Assembly (NCBI GenBank): GCA_963803975.1
Contig: CAWDOY010000047.1
Location: 112,096 to 176,095 of the forward strand
Direction of reading: 5' to 3'
DNA length: 64,000 bases
From: an uncultured delta proteobacterium
GTDB taxonomy: Bacteria > Desulfobacterota > WTBG01 > CAIYCZ01
The position numbers were made by a program, and so were the translations under genes. Below the pieces are notes generated by a model, which was not told the origin of the DNA, did not search any database, and was given only the letters and a program-made list of their open reading frames with translations. Positions 1-8,520 of the stretch are shown here, piece after piece; the stretch's first letter is position 1; each line of letters opens with the position of its first letter.

Positions 1-338
1 TGCGTTCGCTATTGCAGGATACCTGATATCCAACTAATTTTAATTCCTATACTTTTAAACCAGAAGGAGAAATAATTTAGTATATAATTAGCATGTACTG
101 TGCCATAAAATACTATCCCTATGGTTTAGAAAATCCCTCAATTCCTCCTTACAAAGAGTCCGCCTTTTTTTAATGCTGGGTGTTTAGCAGGGATACCGGA
201 TAGTATGTTGAGAGCAGAGTACAAACAAAAGATTATTTTTTCAAGTTAAATAGTAGCTGCTATTCTGCGACTGGCTCCAGGAACAAAGTTTCTTGACACT
301 CGCGGTAAAACATGTTTAAATTCAATAAGTCCAACAAG

Positions 339-416
<78 letters not shown>

Positions 417-423
417 GTAAAAT

Positions 424-457
424 CAAGCACTTAGCAGCACATGCTGAGTGCTTTTTT
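424..457 (+). terminator. Rho-independent terminator downstream of tRNA-Pro
   Basis: Imperfect hairpin AGCAC..CAGCA/TGCTG..GTGCT followed by TTTTTT. Confidence 0.5.
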
Positions 458-588
458 AGTGTCCACTGTATAGTAATTGTATAGTAGACATGAGATGACA
501 GTTAATTTCTCACGCAAAAAAGCGGAGCCAATTAATTACTGACTCCGCTTTTGTTGTGTAAATTCAGTTTTTGCTATCCACGAACTCC

Positions 589-1941
589 CTAATCCCAAAA
601 CCCTAATATAAGCCTCGGCGTTGCACTCACTGGCCCATGCATAGTTGAGTTGCCATTCAGGTCTATGTCTTCCAGTTTGTAGTAATAGGTCTTTCTGTTC
701 TTCACATCCGTTATCAATAAACTCATAATGATGCACCTTGGATGGATGAACCTTGGGCGGGGATTAATGATGCATTTATTTTGGTGTATTTACCATCTTC
801 TGATTCAGAGCGGTAGAGGTTGAAACCAGCGTTGTCGATTTCGGATTCTGTTGTCCATTGAATAATTTTTGCTTCTTTAGGTGTAGCAGTAAAAGAAGAC
901 AAATTAATGAGTGTTGCTGGTGCAGTTGTTGTGGTCGTAGATTGCTGTATAGTTGTAGTGGTTGATGTTGTTTCAGTCACATATTCATACACCCCCATAT
1001 CATAACCAGCACCTTGGGGTCTTTGAGTACCTTCTATATCAATAGATGGAGCGCCACTGCTCGTTCCACTATCAATACAGAGGGAAACAGGCTGCAGGTG
1101 GAAATCTCCGGGCACCCAATAATCATCCCCTATAGATGCAGTACCATTAACATTCCAGAACCCGGCATAACAAATTGAGGGTTACTGCTAATTTCCCCGT
1201 GCCAGTCCATCCACCGTAATGTCTGAGTAGGAAACGGTAACGAAAATGCTCGAAATTGTATCGGGAAGTCCGTTTGCTGTATTTCCCCAGATTATTGTGT
1301 TAATGACCAGAGCAGGGCCGCAGAATCTTCCGGCGCCTCTTGCATCGGAAAGTTCCGCCATTATCCGCTCTGTTTTGAGATATAGTACAATTCACAATGG
1401 TTGGTGAACCCTCGCTATATATTCCTCCTCCTCCATAAGCGCATAAATTACCACTAATAATACAATTTATAATAAGCGGAGCCCCGTCATAACAATAAAT
1501 CCCTGCTCCATAGACTGAGCGTCCACCATATATAAAACAATTTGAAATAGTTGGTGAGGCGTTATAGCAACTTATATTACCTCCTTCGAAATTCAATCCA
1601 TGAACGATGGTAAAGCCATCAAGCACTGTGTCACGTCCCAGTCCTGAACCAAATGCTACAGCACTGGTGAAACCACTACTACTACTCTGTGCGGCATCAA
1701 TAATAGTTCTGCCCGAACCATTCACTGATTTAACAATCAGCTTTTTGCTTACAATTATTGTCTCATGGTAGGTGCCATCATAGACTAAAATTGTATCTCC
1801 GGTGGTAGCAGCAGTTATTGCAGACTGTATAATGGTGAATGGCTTGCCACTTCCTACCTCAAGGGTTGCCGCATTTATGCTTGAAGAAACTGATATTACT
1901 ATTACCGCGACTGCTAAAAGAATGTTCTTTCGTGTTTTCAT
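589..1941 (-). CDS. Secreted right-handed parallel beta-helix (PbH1 repeat) protein with poly-Thr linker and conserved C-terminal domain. The reading frame is broken by at least three frameshifts.
   Basis: N-terminal signal peptide MKTRKNILLAVAVIVISVSSSINA. Repeated NCxIxGN / GGGIY beta-helix rungs, and the characteristic C-terminal DSG...D..G..RP.G.G.DMGVYEY of pectin-lyase-fold proteins. This is followed by TTTTIQQSTTTTTAPATLINLSSFTATPK...DNAGFNLYRSE...KTYYYKLEDIDLNG..HGPVSATP, pieced together from three frames. GGAGG RBS upstream. Confidence 0.6.
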
Positions 1942-1961
1942 CTTTTGTTCCCTCCTCTAAT

Positions 1962-2758
1962 TCACACTAATAGTTTTGTTAAATTTCTGGAATAGTCCCC
2001 AAACCCACTTGGTGTAGCACTCACCGGACCACGCATGGTTGACTTACCGTTCAGGTCTATGTCTTCCAGCTTGTAGTAGTAGGTTTTTCTGTTCTTCACT
2101 TCAGTATCAATAAATTCATATGACGCACCCTGGGTGGATGAGCCTTGAGCAGGAATTAGTGAGTCATTGATCTTGATATAATCACCATCCTCTGTTTCAG
2201 AACGGTAGAGGTCGAAGCCAGCATTGCCAATTTCTGCCTCTGTTGACGTATTGAATAATGACTGTGCTGAATTGTAGGTGTAGCAGTAAAAGAAGACAAA
2301 TTAATGAGTGTTGGTGGTGTAGTTGTGGTGGTCGTAGATTGCTGTATGGTTGTTGTGGCGGCGGTATCACATATTACATCCCAATTTCCATATCCGCTTC
2401 CGTAACACCGTTCAGGATGAGCGCCACACGTAGATGCTCCACCACCATGTATATTCCAGCAAAAAGTCCAGATGCCACTGATACTGACAAAGTTTGAACA
2501 CTCAAGTCCCAAACCTTCGATATAGTCTGATTAACAACCGCTGGACCAAGCAGGTTGCTGGACCTTGCAAATACTGGATACTGGAATAATTGCTGAGTAT
2601 GCTTCATACGCAGCCTGCTGAGTTTTTGAGGTTTCGTTAGTTTGTCTGGACCCACTTCTGTCACCTGTCCACACAATGCTACATCCTGCTGATGCCTGCG
2701 TAATGTGAAAACCAAAGAGTATGAAAACAATCAGAAATAAAAAAATTATCTTTTTCAT
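1962..2758 (-). pseudogene. Paralog of the secreted modular protein family (signal peptide, Cys-rich module, poly-Thr linker, CTD). It has a frameshift and a ~9-codon deletion at the start of the CTD.
   Basis: MKKIIFLFLIVFILFGFHITQASAGC... N-terminus is ~70% identical to the gene at 2775..3545. Linker TTTIQQSTTTTTTPPTLINLSSFTATP, then the frame is lost (PKSGKVIVQW is missing). The CTD EAEIGNAGFDLYRSETEDGDYIKIN...KTYYYKLEDIDLNGKSTMRGPVSATP is recovered in another frame. Confidence 0.5.
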
Positions 2759-2774
2759 AATTGTCCTCCTCTTG

Positions 2775-3545
2775 TTAATTTCTCAATACGAAAATCAATC
2801 GCGGTGTAACACTCACCGGCCCGTGTATGGTTGACTCTCCGTTCAGGTCTATATCTTCAAGTTTGTAGTAGGAGGTTTTTCTGTTCTCAACATCTCTATC
2901 AACATACTCATAAGATGCCCCTTGGGTGGATGAGCCCTGAGCAGGGATAAGCGAAGCGTTTATCTTGATGAAATCTCCATCCTTTGTTTCAGAACGGTAG
3001 AGATTAAAGCCAGCATTATCGGTTTCTGCTTCGGTGTTCCATTGCACAATAACTTTTCCAGATTTAGGTGTAGCAGTAAAAGAAGACAAATTAATGAGTG
3101 TTGCTGGTGTAGTTGTTGTGGTGGTGGTCTGCTGAATGGTGGTGGTGATGTTGTTACCACATATTACATCCCAGGTGCCAAGTCTTGTCGAGCACCTATC
3201 AGGATTGAAGACATCAGGACAAACTTTATAATCCCAAGAGCCGTCTATACAAACGCTATAACCTGAACCACTCCGGTGACAACCAATACTGGAGATTTGA
3301 CATTGGTCAGAAGTATTCCAATAAAAATTACAATTACAAAGGTCTAACTCACACTGCCATTGCAGGTCATTAAACAAAACCATAGATAATTCTTGTGCTG
3401 CTTGCGGGGTTCTTGATGTTTCATTTGTTGGCACTGAACCACTCAAATCACCTGTCCATACAATATTACATCCTGCTGATGCCTGCGCAATGTTAAAAAC
3501 AAAGAGTCCGAAAACAATTAAAAATATAACAATAATCTTTTTCAT
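2775..3545 (-). CDS. Secreted modular protein with signal peptide, 10-Cys module, poly-Thr linker and conserved CTD. This is the only apparently intact member of the family.
   Basis: Starts at the internal Met MKKIIVIFLIVFGLFVFNIAQASAGC, with an AGAAAGAGGG RBS. Cys-rich region C-x-C-N-C...CHRSGSGYSVC...C...C. Linker TTTIQQTTTTTTTPATL. CTD FTATPKSGKVIVQWNTEAETDNAGFNLYRSETKDGDFIKINASLIPAQGSSTQGASYEYVDRDVENRKTSYYKLEDIDLNGESTIHGPVSVTPRLIFVLRN. Confidence 0.8.
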   Translation of the reverse strand: MKKIIVIFLIVFGLFVFNIAQASAGCNIVWTGDLSGSVPTNETSRTPQAAQELSMVLFNDLQWQCELDLCNCNFYWNTSDQCQISSIGCHRSGSGYSVCIDGSWDYKVCPDVFNPDRCSTRLGTWDVICGNNITTTIQQTTTTTTTPATLINLSSFTATPKSGKVIVQWNTEAETDNAGFNLYRSETKDGDFIKINASLIPAQGSSTQGASYEYVDRDVENRKTSYYKLEDIDLNGESTIHGPVSVTPRLIFVLRN

Positions 3546-3559
3546 AACTGCCCTCTTTC

Positions 3560-4284
3560 TTAATTTCTCAATCCAAATATCAACCCGGGGTTGCACTCAC
3601 AGGGCCATGCATAGTTGACACTCCGTTCAGGTCTATGTCTTCAAGTTTATAGTAATAAGTCTTTCTGTTCTGGAATTCGATATCAGTAAACTCATAGATT
3701 AGCGCCTTGGGTGGGGGAGCCTTGTGCAGGGATCAGTGAGTGTTTATCTTGGTGTAGTTACCATCCTCTGATTCAGCGCGATAGATGTTAAAGCCGGCGT
3801 TGTCGGTTTCGGATTCGGTGGACCAAGCGAGAATAACGCTTTTTGACTTTGCATAAGCTTTAAAATCCCGCAGCGTAATCAGCGTGCTTGATTCGCAGGT
3901 GCTGTTGATACATTCATAGTTCCCCGCAGTGCACTGATACCCTTCACAAGTTTGAAGATAGCCCATGTCAATAACGCCAGATGTGCAGGTATTGTCTTTA
4001 CTGCAGCAGCCCTGCTGAACTTCCGGCACATAGGTTTTAATAGGTTGCATAACCCCCCTGCAGATGTCGCTACAACACTTTTCCCCCGGATAAAAAGTAC
4101 CTCCTGCATAATTTTCACAAAAGGAGGCTTCATTGAGTGGCGGGGTATCTCCACAACGATAACAGCCCATCATTGGCATATAATAATCGCACGCCCCGGT
4201 GTCCTGGGCATTTGATTTGCCGGATGTAACCAATAGAACAGGAAATATGATTGCAAGTAGAGCTATTATTCTGAGTTTTGCCAT
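3560..4284 (-). CDS. Secreted modular protein paralog with signal peptide, 14-Cys module and CTD. It has two single-base frameshifts, one of them in a T homopolymer.
   Basis: MAKLRIIALLAIIFPVLLVTSGKSNA signal peptide with a GGAGGAGGG RBS. The CTD begins KAYAKSKSVILAWSTESETDNAGFNIYRAESEDGNYTKIN. The remainder (YEFTDIEFQNRKTYYYKLEDIDLNGVSTMHGPVSATPGLIFGLRN) is recovered only by allowing 1-nt shifts, for example ccgggttga where ccgggtttga is expected. Confidence 0.6.
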
Positions 4285-4414
4285 GTTCCCTCCTCCTTTA
4301 TAAAGGCGCTATTCTATCAATAATTCTCACCCTGTTTACCGTCTGACAGAGTTTTAATAATCTATTTCCCTATTCCATAAATAAGCCGAGGCGTTGCTGA
4401 TACCGGTCCATGCC

Positions 4415-4480
4415 TCTTAGGGGCTCTTGATCAGTGGCCCGTGACCAGTGACTCGTGGCCAGTGACCCGTGGTTTGTGTT
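4415..4480. repeat. GTCAC-type short tandem/inverted repeat block inside a GGGGCT...AGCCCC hairpin. A related copy lies at 23333-23365.
   Basis: Minus-strand read: ccacgggtcactggccacgagtcactggtcacgggccactg. At 23333: gggtcacgggccacgggtcacgaggcacg. Confidence 0.4.
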
Positions 4481-4484
4481 TTAT

Positions 4485-4640
4485 TTAAGCCCCTGAGATC
4501 AGTCTTGGTGTTGCTGAGACCGGCCCGTGGAATGTGCCTGCTCCATTGTTATCAATATCTTCCAGCTTGTAGTAATAGGTCTTTCTGTTCTGGACCTTTG
4601 TGTCCGTGAACTCGTATGCCGCACCTGAGTGGAGTAACCT
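4485..4640 (-). pseudogene. 3' remnant (last ~45 codons) of another paralog of the secreted-protein family, with no N-terminal part
   Basis: Reverse translation gives GAAYEFTDTKVQNRKTYYYKLEDIDNNGAGTFHGPVSATPRLISGA*. Upstream sequence is unrelated and there is no start codon or RBS. Confidence 0.5.
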
Positions 4641-4820
4641 TTAGATGATTATCACATCTCAATTTTATACATTCGCACGGGATGGAGATTCAAGTACCGT
4701 TGTTCGACCATAGGGACTTTCCGGCCGCTCTTACTGACTTTTTTCATTTAATGGGCGCAAAATTTTCGCCCCATTATATAATTCCCAATAAAATACGCCA
4801 ATCAATGAGTGTCCCCAGTC

Positions 4821-5016
4821 TATTGATAGAAACTTGCTTTCGGATAGAGAAAATATAGGCCGGTGGTGGTTGTGTGTCAACAATTTGTTAAAAGATATGG
4901 GCAGGGGTTAACCGAACAAAAATCAACATCTTGTGGTATGCCTTAAAGGCAGGAAAGTGCAGCTTATGTATCAGCAGCGATGAGAAGTTTAGCAGCCTAA
5001 ATTCATTGATGACTTC
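4821..5016. repeat. Direct repeat copy A (~196 bp) carrying a sigma70 promoter. Copy B is at 6222-6423.
   Basis: ~80% identical to 6222-6423. Shared blocks: ATTGAyAGAAAyTyGCTTT, GGATrGAGrAAATATAGGC, TTGTGTGTCAAyAA, ATCTTGTGGT, TATCArCAGCGAT, AGAAGTTTAGCAGCyTAAATTCATTGATGACTTC. Confidence 0.75.
4852..4880 (-). promoter_or_regulatory. Consensus sigma70 promoter (TTGACA-17-TATATT) reading leftward into the secreted-protein gene array
   Basis: Minus-strand TTGACAcacaaccaccaccggccTATATT. -35 at 4875-4880, -10 at 4852-4857, AT-rich UP-like tract upstream. Confidence 0.6.
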
Positions 5017-5137
5017 TTTTGCAAAGCGCCAGTGACAGTTCAAAAAAATCATAGCAGTAGTAGCAACTCGGGCTCCATGATGCAGGGGGGTTCGTTATCA
5101 AAACCGGAAGATAACTCTCATAATTGCCTCAAAATAT

Positions 5138-6153
5138 TTAATCTAATTTTCTTCCGTCAGCCTGTAAGGCTGCAACTGCTTTTTTAATGTCTTCTTCTGC
5201 ACCACCCCTGATTTTAGGTTTTGCATAGCATCGAAGGGAGATATGAACATTTCCCGGATCTTCAATTAAATCTGCTGTAACAATATGCATGGACAGTGCT
5301 TTTCCATTATATTTTTTTGTCCCAATAAAATATGTATTATAATAGGTTTTTTTATCTTCTTTACATTCAATGTCATTCTGTTTTGCCCAGTCATTTAATA
5401 ATGAGGCTGCCTTGTCAAGATTTGCCTTAACACGCAAACGGGTAAAATAGCATCTTTTATCGCTTTGTGTATTTGTCCATGGCCTTATTGATAATTTGTT
5501 CTTATTTTTATCAGTAAGATTTCCGGGCTGTAATGACTCCCAGAAGCTTCTATATTTTTTTACCTCTTTTTCTTGTAGCGGCGTAAGGGAGAGGATCTTT
5601 GTACGTATGTCATTTGCGAATGCCTCTACCCTTTCAGGAATAAGTGATTCCCACATGTCAAGCCCTGTCCATCCCACTTTATCTGCAGGCATGGTTTTTC
5701 CAAGGATCCATATCAGCCTTGCATCATTTGAATTGAGATAACGGTTTACCTGGCGCCCGCCAAATGCCCCGAGTGTTATTGGTTTTAATTTGGGGAATTT
5801 TTCAAGTGTATCAAAGAAATAACTTCTCCCGCTCGAAAGATGAGGCGGTTTCCCGGGCATGTATATGATTATGGTTTCATCAATTTCACCGCAGGTAAGA
5901 AAGTATGCAATTTCCTTTTTTGTAAGTTCATCATGGAACCTTTCAATAAATTTATATGTTGATTTATGCGGTTTTTCCCATCTTGTGTATCCGCCGATTA
6001 TTACATAGTCATAGGGCTCTACAGTTAAAACTTGATTATACATTTTTACATCCACATGATTTTCAAAGCCGATCAGAGCTTTTAACCAGTATGCAACATC
6101 AGCTGCTGAGCCGTATTGGGTTTCATAAGCTATTAGTCCTTTTTTTCTACCAT
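5138..6153 (-). CDS. Flavodoxin-like-domain protein with a C-terminal domain of unknown function. It has a frameshift in an A7 run near the start.
   Basis: True N-terminus is MVEKKGLIAYETQYGSAADVAYWLKALIG with an AAGGAGGAG RBS. Phosphate-loop-like T..GS, DYVIIGGYTRWEKP and KEIAYFLTCG motifs of the flavodoxin fold. The listed ORF 5138..6055 joins after a 1-nt shift in gaaaaaaagg. Confidence 0.55.
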
Positions 6154-6221
6154 GTTACTCCTCCTTGTTTTATATCTATGTTGTGGTTATCTAAGGAGTT
6201 GCAAGCAATATAAATGCAGCA

Positions 6222-6423
6222 AAGAATTGACAGAAATTCGCTTTTGGATGAGGGAAATATAGGCTGGGGAGGATTGTGTGTCAATAAAAAATATGCCGCA
6301 AAATATGTAAAGGATTATTGCGACAAAAATCTACATCTTGTGGTGGGCATTGAACATTGAAAAGTGTAGACTAGTGTATCAACAGCGATAGAAGTTTAGC
6401 AGCTTAAATTCATTGATGACTTC
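6222..6423. repeat. Direct repeat copy B (~202 bp) carrying a sigma70 promoter. Copy A is at 4821-5016.
   Basis: See copy A. Confidence 0.75.
6256..6284 (-). promoter_or_regulatory. Consensus sigma70 promoter (TTGACA-17-TATATT) about 95 nt upstream of the flavodoxin-like gene
   Basis: Minus-strand TTGACAcacaatcctccccagccTATATT. -35 at 6279-6284, -10 at 6256-6261. Confidence 0.6.
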
Positions 6424-6492
6424 ATCTGGTAATATGCAATTGTCTGCTACGATCAAAATCGTGATTTTTTGTTTATCGTTAAAGCTCCCGAT

Positions 6493-6921
6493 TTATGTCG
6501 TCGTCTCGGCACTGGTAAAGCCGGTAAAAACCACCGGGATGATTTGAGAGTATTCAAAGAGAATTACACCCGTTCCGGCAATAAATGCTGTTGGTTCAAA
6601 GGAGGAACCAACCAGAAGCATAATGATGTCGCCTGTTTTGGTTCCGATTTTAGCATTAAGCGAGATATAGGCGCCTGTAAACAGGCTCAAGACGGTAACG
6701 TAAAATCCATCACCCTTAAAACTTGAAATAGTAAGACCGCCGGTATCGCTGAATAAAACCGGTGAGCTGAAAACATCCAGTGAGCAGACGAAATAGCAGA
6801 CGTACTCATTGCCGGTAACAACATTCGGGCCAATACTGTTTTCAGCACGGGCGGTGCTTATGAGTAAACCACCTGCGAGAAGCATACAGCACAATGTAAT
6901 TTTTATTATTTTTCTGTTCAC
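6493..6921 (-). CDS. Secreted hypothetical protein (GTG start)
   Basis: AAGGAGGT RBS 7 nt before GTG. Signal peptide VNRKIIKITLCCMLLAGGLLISTARA. No recognisable domain. Confidence 0.45.
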   Translation of the reverse strand: MNRKIIKITLCCMLLAGGLLISTARAENSIGPNVVTGNEYVCYFVCSLDVFSSPVLFSDTGGLTISSFKGDGFYVTVLSLFTGAYISLNAKIGTKTGDIIMLLVGSSFEPTAFIAGTGVILFEYSQIIPVVFTGFTSAETTT

Positions 6922-7003
6922 ACGTACCTCCTTATTTATTTTGTCTGGTATGTCATTATTTAATATGGTTAAAATCCCTGTTTTAGAAACTGACAGGGTT
7001 CCT

Positions 7004-7825
7004 CTATTTGACTTCCGGGGGCTGAAGCGGGACTTGGAATGGCTCGGCCAGCGTGAAATCAAGGTTGGTTTGAGACGGAATGCGAACTTCCGGACCTTTG
7101 GTCAATGCCTGATATGCTAGAGTTCCACCTGCTCCAACGCTCGCACCAATGGCTGCACCCTTGCCTCCGCCGAAAATTCCTCCAATTATTGCACCCGCCC
7201 CACCTCCAAGCACTGTCCTTTTGGCAGTCTGCTCACCGCGAGATGCGCTCTTATGTCGCACACTGCTGCTGTTTAACAGAATGGACTGCCCCTGTACAAC
7301 CAAATGATCCAAAACGACTTCAAGCTCACTTGAACCCTTAATGCTTCCTGAGGATTTAGCATTTACCAGTTTGATATACACATCAGTTCCCTTGGGTATA
7401 ACGACCTGATTACCAACTGTAATAGGAACATAGAGGGAGGAATGAAACAGGGAGCCAACCTGGCTCGACCTGGAATTAATTGAATCGATCATCTTGACCT
7501 GTATCTCTGTCCCTGCAGGGATCGTGATTACAGTTATTACCTTAATTGCGTCATTGACCTTCTTGATCCCGGGAGTGACACCAGCCAGCTCAACAGCCTT
7601 CTTGTGAATAGCATCATTTGATACCTCGCCTGACAAAGTAGCCTCCCCCTTTGACATGGTAACTTGAATCGATGCGGTCTTCAATTGGGGCTCTGAATAA
7701 AACTTTGCCTGGAGGGCCTGCGTCATTTCCTCATCACTCGGGGTCCTGGAACAGGCTGCGCAACCTAATGCCAAAACGACCAGTAGCAACCAATACGCTG
7801 AAAGATTTTTTAATGTGGTAAGCAT
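7004..7825 (-). CDS. BON-domain lipoprotein with C-terminal glycine-zipper region
   Basis: Lipobox LALGCAAC. BON-like segment QVTMSKGEATLSGEVSNDAIHKKAVELAGVTPGIKKVNDAIKV. C-terminal GGGAGAIIGGIFGGGKGAAIGASVGAGG. Confidence 0.65.
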   Translation of the reverse strand: MLTTLKNLSAYWLLLVVLALGCAACSRTPSDEEMTQALQAKFYSEPQLKTASIQVTMSKGEATLSGEVSNDAIHKKAVELAGVTPGIKKVNDAIKVITVITIPAGTEIQVKMIDSINSRSSQVGSLFHSSLYVPITVGNQVVIPKGTDVYIKLVNAKSSGSIKGSSELEVVLDHLVVQGQSILLNSSSVRHKSASRGEQTAKRTVLGGGAGAIIGGIFGGGKGAAIGASVGAGGTLAYQALTKGPEVRIPSQTNLDFTLAEPFQVPLQPPEVK

Positions 7826-7920
7826 TTTTTAATTCCTTTTTTCGTCTTTGCTTCAACCCAGCAAGTTAAAGGACAACAGCGCACTTTAATGACCCTATCT
7901 GGCAATAAATAAAATGCAGG

Positions 7921-8349
7921 TTACAGATTATACAGTTCCTCATCGTTCAATAATACAAATCCGGCTTTGGAAAGCAATGTCACTGCTTCAGGCATTTCCT
8001 CCACATCAAAAATCATTACCGCCTGATTTTTATCTTTAATGACAAACCCGTAGGCATCTTCGATATTGATTTCCTTCCGGGCAAATACTTCTGCGATCTT
8101 CTGCAGGCCGCCGGGCTGATCATCCATGAGGACGGCAATGACCTCCCGCAGATACGCAGTGAGCCCTTTTGCCCGCAACGTTTCAGTGGTTTTTACCGGA
8201 TCGTTGACGATCAGTTTAATAATGCCAAAACCCTGAGAAGTGGCGATGGTTATGGCCCGCATATTAATATGTGCGTCTTTAAGAATTTTTGTAAGCCGCT
8301 CGAGCCGTCCCGGTTTGTTCTCTGCGAAAATACACACCTGCTGCGCCAT
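7921..8349 (-). CDS. ACT-domain protein (PaaK-associated tandem ACT)
   Basis: ~140 aa with two ACT-like halves (VCIFAENKPGRLERLTKIL... and IAVLMDDQPGGLQKIAEVF...). Sits immediately downstream of a PaaK gene. 45% identical to the ACT gene at 23372..23803. Confidence 0.8.
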   Translation of the reverse strand: MAQQVCIFAENKPGRLERLTKILKDAHINMRAITIATSQGFGIIKLIVNDPVKTTETLRAKGLTAYLREVIAVLMDDQPGGLQKIAEVFARKEINIEDAYGFVIKDKNQAVMIFDVEEMPEAVTLLSKAGFVLLNDEELYNL

Positions 8350-8430
8350 GGCAAACCTCCCTGTTCCCCGTTAGGCGTTCTTGATCAATTGCCTTCAGTG
8401 TACTATATTCCCCTGTGAAAAATTATCAAA

Positions 8431-8516
8431 AAGGGTCCAGGGATTCGAGGGTTCATGGGTTCTAGTCTTTTTTAAAACTTTCACTTGGCCACTTGAATCC
8501 CAGACCACTTGACTCC
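8431..8516. repeat. Intergenic imperfect long hairpin built from degenerate GGGTTC/GGATTC hexamer repeats
   Basis: gggtccagggattcgagggttcatgggttc ... cacttgaatcccagaccacttgactcc, in the PaaK-ACT spacer. Confidence 0.4.
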
Positions 8517-8520
8517 TTTA

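Noticed and set aside
4415-4480. GTCAC(T/G)GGCCACG repeats considered as a CRISPR or a transposon end
   Set aside because: Too short and irregular. No spacers and no transposase. More consistent with a hairpin/REP-like structural repeat.
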